From: an uncultured candidate division Zixibacteria bacterium
GTDB lineage: Bacteria; Zixibacteria; MSB-5A5; GN15; PGXB01
Assembly: GCA_963702205.1 (NCBI GenBank)
Contig: OY969724.1
Span: 2,176,001-2,240,000, forward strand
Length of the DNA stretch: 64,000 bases
Reading direction: 5' to 3'
Shown here: positions 19,413 through 30,020 of the stretch, in pieces
Layout: each line of letters starts with the position of its first letter
Numbering within the stretch: the first letter of the stretch is position 1
Notes under the pieces: model-generated
What the model saw: the letters and a program-made list of their open reading frames with translations, nothing else
What the model was told of the DNA's origin: nothing
Databases searched by the model: none
Position numbers and translations under genes: made by a program

Positions 19413-20798
19413 TTGATCAAGAAAGTACTCATCGCCAATCGCGGGGAGATTGCCCTGCGTATCATTCGCGCCTGCCGCGAACTGGGAATTCAGACGGTCG
19501 CCGTATACAGCGAAGCCGATCGTGATGCTTTGCACGTCCGCTTCGCCGACGAGGACGTCTGTATCGGGCCGGCCAGCCCGACCCAGAGTTATCTTGACGC
19601 CAAGAGCATAATTGCGGCCGCCGAAGTTACCGGCGCCGATGCTATACATCCGGGATACGGTTTTCTGGCGGAAAACGCCGAATTCGCTGAAATCTGTCAA
19701 TCGTGCGGAATAAATTTCATCGGCCCTACGCCGGACATGATCCGCAAAATGGGTGACAAAGGCGTCGCCAAACAAGTCATGAAGGATGCCGGTATCCCCG
19801 TCATTCCGGGATCCGACGGTATCGTGACGTCAATGGATGAGGCTCGCTCGATAGCGGCCCGTATTGGCTACCCGGTTCTCATCAAGGCCGTGGCGGGTGG
19901 CGGCGGTCGCGGCATGCGACTGGTGCAAAAAGAGGAAAACCTGGAAAAGGCCTTCCAGATGGCCCGTGCCGAAGCCGAAATCGCTTTCAAGAATCCCGAC
20001 GTATATATCGAAAAGGTCATTGTCGAGCCGCATCACGTGGAGATACAGATTCTCGGCGACAGCTACGGCAATATCATACATCTCGGCGAGCGCGACTGCA
20101 CGGTACAGCGTCGCCACCAGAAGTTGATCGAAGAATGTCCGTCGCCGATAGTGACGCCGGATCTTCGCAATGAGATGGGCCGCACGGCGGTAATCGGTGC
20201 CTCGACCATCAAATACCTCGGTGCCGGAACCATGGAATTTCTGGTCGACGCCCAGCGCAATTTCTATTTCATGGAGATGAACACGCGTATTCAGGTCGAG
20301 CATCCCATTACTGAAGAAGCGGTCGAACTCGATATACTCAAAGAACAAGTGCGTATCGCGGCCGGACATAAGCTGCGGCACCGTCAGGAAGATATCATGA
20401 TGAACTGGCATTCCATGGAATGCCGCATAAACGCCGAAGACGTGGAAAAAGATTTCCGTCCGACTCCGGGCAAGATCACGTCGTTTCACGTTCCCGGCGG
20501 ACGGGGTGTGCGGGTCGATACGGCGGCTTACGCCGGGTATGTCATCCCGCAGTATTATGATTCCATGATCGCGAAGTTGATCGTCAAAGCCCGCACCCGG
20601 GAAGCGGCCATTACGAAAATGAAGTTCGCCCTGGAAGAGTTCATTGTCGAGGGAGTGCCGACGACGATTGATTATCACAAGAAAATATTAAGCCATCCTG
20701 ATTTTGTGTCAGGGAACTTCGATACATCGTTTGTTGAGAAATTATCTCGGGCAGAGGAAGCCGCTGCGGTTGCACAAGGCGGCGGCCCGAAGAACTAA
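19413..20798 (+). CDS. accC: Biotin carboxylase
   Basis: [35 protein letters not shown]. Confidence 0.97.
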   Translation: MIKKVLIANRGEIALRIIRACRELGIQTVAVYSEADRDALHVRFADEDVCIGPASPTQSYLDAKSIIAAAEVTGADAIHPGYGFLAENAEFAEICQSCGINFIGPTPDMIRKMGDKGVAKQVMKDAGIPVIPGSDGIVTSMDEARSIAARIGYPVLIKAVAGGGGRGMRLVQKEENLEKAFQMARAEAEIAFKNPDVYIEKVIVEPHHVEIQILGDSYGNIIHLGERDCTVQRRHQKLIEECPSPIVTPDLRNEMGRTAVIGASTIKYLGAGTMEFLVDAQRNFYFMEMNTRIQVEHPITEEAVELDILKEQVRIAAGHKLRHRQEDIMMNWHSMECRINAEDVEKDFRPTPGKITSFHVPGGRGVRVDTAAYAGYVIPQYYDSMIAKLIVKARTREAAITKMKFALEEFIVEGVPTTIDYHKKILSHPDFVSGNFDTSFVEKLSRAEEAAAVAQGGGPKN

Positions 20799-20812
20799 GA
20801 AAGGGAGGAGCG

Positions 20813-21196
20813 GTGAGCATTCCGTCCGATTTGAGATATACCTCAGAACATGAATGGGTATCGCTGGAGGGCAATCTGGCAACCGTGGGGATTACCGATT
20901 TCGCCCAGGGTGAACTGGGTGACATCGTATTCGTGGAACTGCCGAATGTCGGCGATGAAGTCAAGGCGGGGTCCGCTTTCGGGACGATCGAAGCGGTTAA
21001 GGCCGTATCCGAATTATTCGCGCCGGTTGGCGGAAAGGTTTCGGAAATCAACGCCGAACTGCATGACAACCCGACCGTGGTAAACAGCGATCCGTACGGC
21101 GACGGCTGGATGATTAAAATCGAGGTCAAGGACCCCGGTGAATTCGAGAAATTATTGCCCGCCTCGGAATATGAGAAACTGACCGAACAGGATTAA
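20813..21196 (+). CDS. gcvH: Glycine cleavage system H protein
   Basis: HEW, GITDFAQ, IEAVKAVSE lipoyl-Lys. Confidence 0.97.
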   Translation: MSIPSDLRYTSEHEWVSLEGNLATVGITDFAQGELGDIVFVELPNVGDEVKAGSAFGTIEAVKAVSELFAPVGGKVSEINAELHDNPTVVNSDPYGDGWMIKIEVKDPGEFEKLLPASEYEKLTEQD

Positions 21197-21204
21197 TCAA
21201 AAAT

Positions 21205-22572
21205 ATGGCATATATTCCCAATACCGACGGCGATCGTCGGCAAATGCTGGACAAAATCGGCGTCAAAAACTTTGAAGAACTTTTGGCACCGGTGCCCAAA
21301 AATGTACGTCTGCAAAAACCTCTGGATATGTCCGGTCCGGTTTCCGAACTGGAGCTGTTGCGCGACATTGACCGGATTTCCCGCAAGAACACGACCGGCC
21401 TGATTTCGTTTGCCGGAGGAGGGGTGTACGATCATTTTATCCCCTCGGCCGTCGAGCGCATTATCAGCCGTCCGGAATTCATGACGGCTTATACGCCGTA
21501 CCAGGCCGAAGTATCACAGGGGACGCTGCAAGTTATATATGAATTCCAGACGCATATTTGCCGTCTGACCGGACTCGACGTGGCCAATGCATCGATGTAC
21601 GACGGGGCTTCGGCCGCGGCCGAAGCGGCACTTTTGGCGATCAATGCCACCGGAAGAAAAAAAGTAGTGGTGTCCGAAACGGTCAACCCGTTGTTCCGAG
21701 AAGTGCTCGCAACGTACACATCGGGTCGTGAAATCGAAATTGTCAACGCGCCTTTCGATGCCAAAAACGGCTCGACCGATTTGGATGGACTCGAAAATGT
21801 GGTCGACGATAAAGCCGCCTGTGTTATAATGGCCCAGCCCAATTTCTTCGGGGTACTGGAAGATATTTCATCCGGCGCGGAATTGGCCCACAAGCACGGT
21901 GCTTTGATGGTGGTGGTCGTCGATCCGATTGCGGCGGCGCTTCTGAAAACCCCGGCCGACGGCGGGGCCGATATCGCTGTCGGCGAAGGCCAGCCGCTGG
22001 GGATAAATCTCAATTTCGGTGGGCCGCTCCTGGGGTTTTTCGCGGTCAGCAAAAAGCTGATTCGCCTTATGCCGGGACGCCTGGTGGCAAGAACGGTCGA
22101 CGAAGACGGCCGTCCCGGTTTTGTCCTTACTTTGCAAACGCGCGAACAACATATTCGCCGGGACAAAGCGACGTCGAACATTTGCACTAACCAGGCCTTG
22201 TGCGCCACGGCGGCGGCGGTATATATATCGCTCCTGGGCAAGAAAGGTCTCAAAAAGGTGGCGCTGCTTTCAATGGAGAAGACTCATCGGGCGGCGAATA
22301 AAATTTATGAACTGGGCGGCTTTGAACCGTACTTCGAAGGTGCTTTTATCCGCGAGACGGTAGTCAAGACGCCGATTCCGGCGAAGGACCTGATCGATAA
22401 AATGATTAAAGACGACCATGTTTTGCCGGGCATCAACCTCGGCCGATTTTATCCGGGGTTGGAAAACGGGCTTCTTCTGGCCGCGACGGAAAAACGTACC
22501 GATTCGGATATCGGCGCGCTGATAAAAGGATTGAAGAACTTCGCTACGAACGCGGTTTTGTCGGAAGTTTAA
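21205..22572 (+). CDS. gcvPA: Glycine dehydrogenase subunit 1
   Basis: TAYTPYQAEVSQG, NASMYDG, TREQHIRRDKATSNICTNQ. Confidence 0.97.
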   Translation: MAYIPNTDGDRRQMLDKIGVKNFEELLAPVPKNVRLQKPLDMSGPVSELELLRDIDRISRKNTTGLISFAGGGVYDHFIPSAVERIISRPEFMTAYTPYQAEVSQGTLQVIYEFQTHICRLTGLDVANASMYDGASAAAEAALLAINATGRKKVVVSETVNPLFREVLATYTSGREIEIVNAPFDAKNGSTDLDGLENVVDDKAACVIMAQPNFFGVLEDISSGAELAHKHGALMVVVVDPIAAALLKTPADGGADIAVGEGQPLGINLNFGGPLLGFFAVSKKLIRLMPGRLVARTVDEDGRPGFVLTLQTREQHIRRDKATSNICTNQALCATAAAVYISLLGKKGLKKVALLSMEKTHRAANKIYELGGFEPYFEGAFIRETVVKTPIPAKDLIDKMIKDDHVLPGINLGRFYPGLENGLLLAATEKRTDSDIGALIKGLKNFATNAVLSEV

Positions 22573-22573
22573 C

Positions 22574-22897
22574 GTGATTGGCACGATTGGTATGTCCGAA
22601 GATCAAAATAATGATAATGAAAGCCGGGCATTTAATGAAGACGACTGGAAATCGCTGGGCAAGGTTAACGATGCCATGTCGGCCGGTTTCGCCAAAGAGA
22701 CGCTGGCATCATATAATATTCCCTGCGTCGTGTTTTCCGAATCGGGCTTTTTCGGGCAGGCCGGTTTAAATCTCCCGCAGGCCTACGGTTCGCGACTGGG
22801 GCAATTCGAGATTTTTGTTCCTGAGGAATTTATGGAAGAAGCCGTAGATATAATGAACATGATATTCGGCGACAGCTGGATTCATACGGATGCATGA
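22574..22897 (+). CDS. DUF2007-like putative signalling protein
   Basis: W..L..V...A..AKETLASYNIP..., FEIFVPEE..EEA pattern; start may be ATG 22592. Confidence 0.65.
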   Translation: MIGTIGMSEDQNNDNESRAFNEDDWKSLGKVNDAMSAGFAKETLASYNIPCVVFSESGFFGQAGLNLPQAYGSRLGQFEIFVPEEFMEEAVDIMNMIFGDSWIHTDA

Positions 22898-22932
22898 AAA
22901 TTTAAGCTATTCATAATGGAAGGAGAGAGAGG

Positions 22933-23826
22933 ATGAGAAGACTACAGGGCAGAACGATGCTGTTGAGCCTTTTCCTCGCGATTGGCTTGACGGTTTTGTT
23001 GACGGCGTGCGGTTCAAAAGAGGAGCCGACGGCATCCCCGACGCTGAATTTTTTCACCAGTTTCGATCAAGCCGCCAATGCCGCGGCCACCGAAAACAAG
23101 CCATTCATGGTGAAATTTTATACGGACTGGTGCACGTGGTGCAAGACTATGGATACGATTACGCTGGTTGATTCCGGGGTGGTTTCCTTCCTGAACGATT
23201 CTTTCGTGGTCGCCAAGGTTAACGCCGAAGTCGATACGGCTACGGCCCAGAAATATTCCGTTATGGGGTATCCGACGACCATCCTGTTTGACAGCAAGGG
23301 CGATGAAATCGAACGCATTGTCGGCTATCTGCCTCCGGAAGAATTCCTCGAAACGGTTGACAATTACATGCACGGAATCGGCACGCTGGATTATTATCTG
23401 GCTTTGGCCGATACGGCCGGCACGAGCGACGTTTATTTCGCCATCGCCGAGAAATATAACGACCGGGGCAAATCGGACGATGCTAAAGCCTACTATGATA
23501 AAGTTGTCAAGGCTGATCCGAATAATAAAGACGGTTTTACCGATCGCTCGATGATTTCTCTGGGCAATATTTTGCGCGGAGCCAAGGACTACGACGGGGC
23601 CATCAAACAGTTCGGCCAGGTCATGAATAATTTCAAGGGCACCGAGTCGGCCGCCGACGCCGAAATTTGGACGGCCATAACCTATCGCCAAAAGGGCGAC
23701 ACGACCAAGGCGATACAATGGTTCGAGGGCTTTTTAAAGGACCATCCGGAAAGCTCGGATACATCATACGCCATGGCTCAAATCGAAAAGTTGAAGAACC
23801 CTCCGCAACCCGAAGAAGAAGAGTAG
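22933..23826 (+). CDS. Lipoprotein with thioredoxin (WCTWC) and TPR domains
   Basis: Lipobox LTAC; FYTDWCTWCK; GYPT cis-Pro; C-terminal TPRs. Confidence 0.85.
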   Translation: MRRLQGRTMLLSLFLAIGLTVLLTACGSKEEPTASPTLNFFTSFDQAANAAATENKPFMVKFYTDWCTWCKTMDTITLVDSGVVSFLNDSFVVAKVNAEVDTATAQKYSVMGYPTTILFDSKGDEIERIVGYLPPEEFLETVDNYMHGIGTLDYYLALADTAGTSDVYFAIAEKYNDRGKSDDAKAYYDKVVKADPNNKDGFTDRSMISLGNILRGAKDYDGAIKQFGQVMNNFKGTESAADAEIWTAITYRQKGDTTKAIQWFEGFLKDHPESSDTSYAMAQIEKLKNPPQPEEEE

Positions 23827-23840
23827 AACTGAAAGAAGCA

Positions 23841-25298
23841 ATGTCAGACAAGCAACTGATATATGAAAAATCCTCGCCGGGCATCGAAGGATGCCCGCTG
23901 CCGGATACGCAGGCGACCGAAAAGGAATTGCTCGCGATGATTCCAGCACAGTACAGGCGTGATAGCGACGCCGAACTGCCGGAACTGGCCGAGGGTGAAG
24001 TGATGCGGCATTTTGTGGGGCTGTCGGTCAAGAATCATCATATCGAAAAAGGGTTCTATCCGCTCGGCTCCTGTACCATGAAATACAATCCCAAGGTCAA
24101 CGACAAAGCGTCGGGGATGCCCGCTTTCACCGATCAACACCCTTTGGCGCCGTGTCATACGTCGCTGGGGACGCTCCAGGTTATGGATGAACTGCAGGCG
24201 CTGCTTCGGGAGATTTCGGGATTCGACGCCGTCTCGTTGCAGCCGGTGGCCGGAGCCCAGGGTGAATTTACGGGGCTGCTGATCATACGGGCGTATCATA
24301 GAGATCAGGGCAACGTCCGAAAGAAAGTCCTGATTCCCGCCTCGGCGCACGGCACCAATCCGGCGTCGGTGACGCTGGCCGGGTATCAGACGGTGCAGAT
24401 AAAAGCCGGGCCTGACGGTACTCTCTCCGCCGACACGGTCAGAGAGGCGATGGACGAAGACGTGGCGGCATTAATGCTGACCAATCCCAATACGGTCGGG
24501 CTATTCGAGTCCAATATCGAAGAGATCTCTCGAGTCGTGCACGATGCCGGAGCGCTGATTTATATGGACGGAGCCAATCTCAATGCGCAGTTGGGAATTG
24601 TCAAACCGGGCAAGATAGGGTTCGACGTGCTGCATTTCAATCTGCACAAAACGTTTTCCACGCCGCACGGCGGCGGAGGACCGGGAGCGGGTGCAGTCGG
24701 TGTTGTCAAGAAACTGGAGCCGTACCTGCCGTATCCGGTGTTGTCACGGTTGCCTGAAGAGGACAACAGGCTCTTCCTCGATTATAACCGACCCAAGTCG
24801 ATTGGCCGCATACACAGCTTTTATGGTAATATGGCCAACGCGATTCGGGCATATGCATATATCAGGACTTTGGGAGCCAGCGGGCTGCGAGAAATTTCCG
24901 AAAACGCCATAATAAACGCCAATTACCTGAGGGTTTTACTCAAAGACGAATTCGAAATGCCATTCGATAAGATATGCCAGCATGAATTCGTGCTGTCATG
25001 TAATCGTCAGAAGAAGAACGGTGCCAGGGCTCTCGATCTGGCCAAGCGTCTTTTGGATTTCGGTTTCCATGCTCCGACCGTCTATTTTCCGCTGATCGTT
25101 CCGGAAGCGTTCATGATCGAGCCGACTGAGACCGAAAGCAAAGAAACGCTTGATCAGTTCGCCGAGGCGATGCTTAAAATTTCGGCGGAAGCCAAAGAAA
25201 ACCCGGATATGCTGCATCACGCTCCGTATTCGACACCGGTCAGGCGGCTGGATGAAGTTCGTGCCGCACGTGAGCAGGATGTTTGCTATAAAGAATAG
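23841..25298 (+). CDS. gcvPB: Glycine dehydrogenase subunit 2
   Basis: PLGSCTMKYNP, HGTNPAS, NLHKTFSTPHGGGGPG; start trimmed to MSDKQLIYE. Confidence 0.97.
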   Translation: MSDKQLIYEKSSPGIEGCPLPDTQATEKELLAMIPAQYRRDSDAELPELAEGEVMRHFVGLSVKNHHIEKGFYPLGSCTMKYNPKVNDKASGMPAFTDQHPLAPCHTSLGTLQVMDELQALLREISGFDAVSLQPVAGAQGEFTGLLIIRAYHRDQGNVRKKVLIPASAHGTNPASVTLAGYQTVQIKAGPDGTLSADTVREAMDEDVAALMLTNPNTVGLFESNIEEISRVVHDAGALIYMDGANLNAQLGIVKPGKIGFDVLHFNLHKTFSTPHGGGGPGAGAVGVVKKLEPYLPYPVLSRLPEEDNRLFLDYNRPKSIGRIHSFYGNMANAIRAYAYIRTLGASGLREISENAIINANYLRVLLKDEFEMPFDKICQHEFVLSCNRQKKNGARALDLAKRLLDFGFHAPTVYFPLIVPEAFMIEPTETESKETLDQFAEAMLKISAEAKENPDMLHHAPYSTPVRRLDEVRAAREQDVCYKE

Positions 25299-25319
25299 TC
25301 TTTAGATTTTCGAATATAC

Positions 25320-25359
25320 GCGCCGATGGCTTGATTTAATCCATCGGCGCTTTTATTTT
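25320..25359 (+). terminator. Intrinsic terminator after gcvPB
   Basis: GCGCCGATGG-loop-CCATCGGCGC-TTTTATTTT. Confidence 0.7.
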
Positions 25360-25366
25360 GCCATCT

Positions 25367-26950
25367 ATGATAAAATTCGATCAGGTCGGTTTTGAATATC
25401 CGGGCGGCAAAAAGATCTTCGACAACCTGTCGTTCGAAATTGTGCCCGGTGAACAGGTCGCGATTGTCGGCGGCAACGGTTCCGGCAAGACGACTTTAAT
25501 GCTGCTGATCGACGGTATCCTCAAAGCCAAAAAAGGCAAAATCGAAATTGGCGGGCTTGATCCATCCATCGAAAAAGACAAAGAACAGCTTCATCGCAAA
25601 GTCGGGCTCGTCCTTCAGGACCCCGATAATCAGTTGGTGTCGACCACGGTCGAGCGGGAAATCGCCTTTTCTCTGGAGAATATGAATATTCCGCATCCCG
25701 AACTGGGCGACAGAGTACACAATCTGATAGATAGTTTCGGGATGAAGTCGATGACCAACCGGTTGACATCTGAGCTGTCCGGTGGTGAAAAACAGAAGCT
25801 GGCTTTGGCAGCGGTGATGATTACCTGGCCGGACATTTTGATACTCGACGAACCAGACTCTTTTCTGGATGAGACCGGAAAACGGACATTGGAGCAGACT
25901 GTAAAGAGCCTGGTTGAACAAAATCCTCAGCTAATTATTATCAGGGTAACTCAATATGCCCGGGTGGCCATGGCATACGGCCGGATAATTGCGCTGAACG
26001 ACGGCGCGATTGTCGCCGACGGTCCGGCCTCGGAAGTATATGCCGATACAGGCCGGTGCCAAAGGTGGGGCATAGACATTCCGCTCGAGTATCGGCTTTC
26101 ATCGGTCGGCAATTATCAATCGAACAATCTTCCGGAAGGGCTAAATCGGTCCGTTACGTCAGGTCCCGCCACAGCGCGAAGTATAAGGCTGAATGACATA
26201 TCATTCGGGTATGAATCCAACAATCTAATTCTCGGAGCTGTAAATCTAATATTGGAAAGCGGAAAAGTCCATGCGATAGTTGGGCCCTCGGGAAGCGGCA
26301 AATCGACTATTCTTCAGATAATCGCCGGGTTGCTAAAGCCGACCGCCGGAGATATTTATCACGAAGACTTCCAGCTGCAGCGGGGCGATATTACCATGTC
26401 ATTCCAGCAGGCCGAAAAGCAGTTTTTTCTGGAAACAGTTGATAAAGAGCTTCGTTTCGGGGCGGAGAATCTCGCGAAATCGGGAATGGAAGACATTATC
26501 GCGCGATGCTATCAATCCATAGATTTTGACAGAAACGAATTCTCTATACGTGACCCGTTTACTCTTTCAGGGGGAGAACAAAGAAGATTGGCGTTCGGGA
26601 CGGTACTATCGCTCGACCCGAAATTCGTACTGTTCGATGAGCCGACCTGCGCCCTGGACGCACGCGGAACGGCGCTTTTTATACGACTGGTAAGGCAGCT
26701 TCGAGTCGAGGGGAGAGGCGTCGTTATCGTATCCCACGACGGGAATCTGGTTCTGGAATTGGCCGAGAAGATATTCGTGCTAAACGACGGCTCTATATCG
26801 GAACCCTATGACAAAGAAACCTTTTTTACCTCGATTGATTATTCGTCCTATCTCTCGGTGCCGGAAATTATAAAATACCAAATGGATAAACTGGGCCGGG
26901 TCAAGTATTTTACCGAAAATGATTTGTTCGAAGCTTATCCGGCTCTTTGA
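25367..26950 (+). CDS. Tandem ABC ATPase of ECF-transporter type (EcfA-EcfA' fusion)
   Basis: Two Walker A (GGNGSGKT, GPSGSGKS), QDPDNQ, LSGGEKQ / LSGGEQRR. Confidence 0.85.
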   Translation: MIKFDQVGFEYPGGKKIFDNLSFEIVPGEQVAIVGGNGSGKTTLMLLIDGILKAKKGKIEIGGLDPSIEKDKEQLHRKVGLVLQDPDNQLVSTTVEREIAFSLENMNIPHPELGDRVHNLIDSFGMKSMTNRLTSELSGGEKQKLALAAVMITWPDILILDEPDSFLDETGKRTLEQTVKSLVEQNPQLIIIRVTQYARVAMAYGRIIALNDGAIVADGPASEVYADTGRCQRWGIDIPLEYRLSSVGNYQSNNLPEGLNRSVTSGPATARSIRLNDISFGYESNNLILGAVNLILESGKVHAIVGPSGSGKSTILQIIAGLLKPTAGDIYHEDFQLQRGDITMSFQQAEKQFFLETVDKELRFGAENLAKSGMEDIIARCYQSIDFDRNEFSIRDPFTLSGGEQRRLAFGTVLSLDPKFVLFDEPTCALDARGTALFIRLVRQLRVEGRGVVIVSHDGNLVLELAEKIFVLNDGSISEPYDKETFFTSIDYSSYLSVPEIIKYQMDKLGRVKYFTENDLFEAYPAL

Positions 26951-27013
26951 GTTATAATTTTCCTGTAATACCTCTTGACGGTCGCAGAAATTTCTTTATT
27001 ATCCTGTAATTTT

Positions 27014-27107
27014 AAAACCTTTTAATGTCGTCCGGAGAGACGGCAAAAGGAGTTTGGTTATGCTCAAGATTCCAATTTGATTTTCGACGGGCCGAAGGCC
27101 GTTTTTT
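27014..27107 (+). promoter_or_regulatory. PyrR-binding RNA element and attenuator
   Basis: CCTTTTAAT-GTCGTCCGGAGAGACGGC-AAAAGG matches the PyrR binding loop; downstream ACGGGCCGAAGGCCGT-TTTTT terminator. Confidence 0.8.
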
Positions 27108-27147
27108 ATAATAGTCTTTTCTCACAGCCAGAAAATCAGGAGGCAAA

Positions 27148-27711
27148 TTGCAGGATATAAACGGTGAAATTTTGCTCGATAGCGAAGGCATGGACCGGGC
27201 CATAACGAGGATCTCACATGAAATACTGGAGAAAAATCGTGGTGCCGATACGCTGGTGTTGATCGGCATATTATCGCGCGGTGCCGACCTGGCCAAACGC
27301 ATCGCGGGCAAAATTAAAGAAATAGAAAAAGTCGAGGTGCCGGTCGGGCTGTTGGATATAAATTTGTATCGCGACGACGTGCATTCCAAACTCGATCAGC
27401 CAATTATTCAGCGGACAGAATTACTTTTCGACGTCGTCGATCGCAATGTCATCCTGGTCGATGACGTGCTTTTCACCGGCCGGACGATCCGCGCGGCGCT
27501 CGATGCTATTGTGGATTTCGGGCGTCCCCGTTCGATTCAACTGGCCGTTCTGATCGACCGCGGTCATCGTGAACTGCCGATCCGTCCGGATTATATAGGC
27601 AAAAACATTCCAACCTCGAAAGACGATCGCGTTCTGGTGCGTCTTAGCGAACGCGATGACCGGGATGTCGTCATCTCCGAAAAGAATGGTTTAAAAGGAG
27701 GCGCCAAATGA
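27148..27711 (+). CDS. pyrR: Pyrimidine operon attenuation protein / uracil PRTase
   Basis: RISHEILE, LYRDD, VDDVLFTGRTIRAA, DRGHRELPI. Confidence 0.97.
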   Translation: MQDINGEILLDSEGMDRAITRISHEILEKNRGADTLVLIGILSRGADLAKRIAGKIKEIEKVEVPVGLLDINLYRDDVHSKLDQPIIQRTELLFDVVDRNVILVDDVLFTGRTIRAALDAIVDFGRPRSIQLAVLIDRGHRELPIRPDYIGKNIPTSKDDRVLVRLSERDDRDVVISEKNGLKGGAK

Positions 27712-28658
27712 CCGCTTCCGCACTGCGCTCGAGACATCTGCTGGGACTCGAAGGCGTCACGCGCGAGGAAATTAATCTCATTCTGGATACCGCCGATACC
27801 TTTCGGGAGATTATAGATCGTCCGATCAAAAAGGTCCCGACTCTTCGCGGCATTACCGTTTTGAACCTTTTTTATGAGCCATCTACCCGAACCCGCATTT
27901 CGTTCGAGCTGGCCGAAAAGCGTCTTTCGGCCGACACCGTCAATTTTGCCAAGTCGGGCTCATCGGTTTCCAAAGGCGAAAGCCTCAAGGATACGGTACG
28001 CAATATCGAGTCGCTGAAGATAGACATGATCGTTATCCGGCATTCATCGACCGGGTCGCCGTTTTTCCTGACGCAATTCGTCGATTCCAACGTCATCAAC
28101 GCCGGGGATGGTTCTCACGAGCACCCGACTCAGGCACTCCTGGATATGCTGACTATCCGACAGAAATACGGCAAGATCGACGGCTTACGGGTTGTACTTA
28201 TTGGCGACGTGAAACATTCCCGGGTGGTACGCTCGAATATCTGGGGTCTGAAAACGATGGGGGCCTCGGTGGCGGTTTGCGGGCCATCGACGCTTCTGCC
28301 GTACGAAGCCGAAAAATTCGGAGTTGATATATATACCGATCTGGATAAGGCCCTCGACGGCGCCGACGTCGTCAACGTCATGCGCATACAGCTGGAACGC
28401 CAGCAGGCGGGGCTGTTGCCGTCGCTTCGTGAGTACACCAATCTGTTCGGGATGACTAAAGACCGTTTGCACCTCCTGAACGGCAATTACACTATCATGC
28501 ACCCGGGACCGATGAATCGCGGTGTCGAAATTACTCCGGAAGTAGCCGACAGCGAATCCTCGGTGATTCTCAATCAGGTGACCAACGGTCAGGCGGTGCG
28601 GATGGCCGTCCTGTACCTTTTGTCCGGCAAGAAAGAAGCGCGGGGGGAGGAGGCATAA
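27708..28658 (+). CDS. pyrB: Aspartate carbamoyltransferase
   Basis: EPSTRTRISFE, HPTQALLD, MHPGP. Confidence 0.97.
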   Translation: MTASALRSRHLLGLEGVTREEINLILDTADTFREIIDRPIKKVPTLRGITVLNLFYEPSTRTRISFELAEKRLSADTVNFAKSGSSVSKGESLKDTVRNIESLKIDMIVIRHSSTGSPFFLTQFVDSNVINAGDGSHEHPTQALLDMLTIRQKYGKIDGLRVVLIGDVKHSRVVRSNIWGLKTMGASVAVCGPSTLLPYEAEKFGVDIYTDLDKALDGADVVNVMRIQLERQQAGLLPSLREYTNLFGMTKDRLHLLNGNYTIMHPGPMNRGVEITPEVADSESSVILNQVTNGQAVRMAVLYLLSGKKEARGEEA

Positions 28659-29972
28659 ATGGCAATGAATGAATACGATCTGGTGATAAAAGGCGGCAGG
28701 ATTATAGACCCGGCGCTCGGGTTCGGCAAAGAAGCGGACATCTTTATCAAGGATGGCACGATACGAAGTGTTCTGGCACCGGTAAAAGCGAAAGCTGAAT
28801 ATCAGGATATGCCTTCGGGAAAAATCATCGACGCGACCGGTAATCTGGTCGTCCCGGGGTTGATTGACATGCACGTGCATCTTCGTGAACCTGGGCGGGA
28901 AGACGAAGAGACGATTGTCACGGGTTGTGAAGCCGCCGCTGCCGGCGGGTTTACGTCGGTGTGTTGCATGCCCAATACCGATCCGATTATAGACAACCAG
29001 GAGACGGTTAAATTCGTTATTTCGCGAGCCCAGGAAGCGGTCGCCAGGGTCTACGTCGTCGCGGCCATTACCAAGAAAAGCGAAGGAAAAGAATTGGCGG
29101 AGATCGGCGATCTGGTTAAAGCGGGGGCGGTGGCTATTTCTGATGACGGCCATTTTCTGCAGAATCCGGAGCTTATGCGCCGGGCTCTGGAATACGCCAA
29201 AATGTTCGATATCCCCATCATTACCCATGCCGAGGACAATTTCCTCTCGGCAGGGGCCATCATGAACGAATCATACCAATCGACTCGCCTTGGCATGAAA
29301 GGCGCCCCGGCCGTGTCCGAAGAAATCGCGGTTCTGCGCGATATAAAGCTGGCGGAGTTCATCGGCGGGCGGGTGCATATCGCGCATGTTTCCACCGCCG
29401 GAGCAGTTTTGGCGATACGTACCGCCAAAGCCAACGGCGTAAAGATAACCGCGGAAGTAACGCCGCATCATTTTACCCTGACCGACGAAGAGATCGGCAA
29501 GAAATTCGACACCAATTTGCGTGTGAATCCACCCCTGCGCACTCGCAAAGACATCGATGCGGTGATCGAGGGTTTGGTCGACGGTACGATCGACTGTATC
29601 TCATCCGACCATGCCCCTCACGCCGAAGAAGAAAAAGACGTGGAATTCGATCAGGCGCCTCCGGGCATGATCGGTTTGGAAACCACGCTCGGGTTGGTTA
29701 AAACATATCTGATCGACAAGGGATTTTTGAACTGGGCCGATGCCATCGGCAAGATGTCGTACAACCCGGCCAGAATCCTTAAGCTGCCCGGCGGCACGCT
29801 CGAATTAGGATCTGTGGCCGATATTACGATTATCGACCCCGAAAAGAAATGGAGGGTCGAACGGAACGGATTCCATTCCAAATCGAAAAATTCGGCGTTT
29901 ATCGGGTGGGAATTAACCGGGCGAGTCAATCGTACCATACTGGCGGGCAAGCCGGTTCACATTTCGAAATAA
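28659..29972 (+). CDS. pyrC: Dihydroorotase
   Basis: DMHVHLREPG, MPNT, NPPLR, SDHAPH. Confidence 0.95.
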   Translation: MAMNEYDLVIKGGRIIDPALGFGKEADIFIKDGTIRSVLAPVKAKAEYQDMPSGKIIDATGNLVVPGLIDMHVHLREPGREDEETIVTGCEAAAAGGFTSVCCMPNTDPIIDNQETVKFVISRAQEAVARVYVVAAITKKSEGKELAEIGDLVKAGAVAISDDGHFLQNPELMRRALEYAKMFDIPIITHAEDNFLSAGAIMNESYQSTRLGMKGAPAVSEEIAVLRDIKLAEFIGGRVHIAHVSTAGAVLAIRTAKANGVKITAEVTPHHFTLTDEEIGKKFDTNLRVNPPLRTRKDIDAVIEGLVDGTIDCISSDHAPHAEEEKDVEFDQAPPGMIGLETTLGLVKTYLIDKGFLNWADAIGKMSYNPARILKLPGGTLELGSVADITIIDPEKKWRVERNGFHSKSKNSAFIGWELTGRVNRTILAGKPVHISK

Positions 29973-29984
29973 CGGGCAAATATG

Positions 29985-30012
29985 GAAGAGCGGCCTATAT
30001 TTGCCGCTCTTC
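29985..30012. terminator. Hairpin between convergent pyrC and serpin
   Basis: GAAGAGCGGC-loop-GCCGCTCTTC. Confidence 0.6.
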
Positions 30013-30020
30013 GCCGAAGA

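Noticed and set aside
23667..23840. N-terminal extension of GcvPB (similar extensions in the selA, serpin, rsbV and amidohydrolase track ORFs)
   Set aside because: These overlap upstream genes or terminators or precede the SD; family homology starts at the downstream start codon
28185..29228. Long antisense ORFs (also 19830-20678, 21489-22253, 61411-62337)
   Set aside because: Shadow frames of well-supported genes with no recognisable motifs
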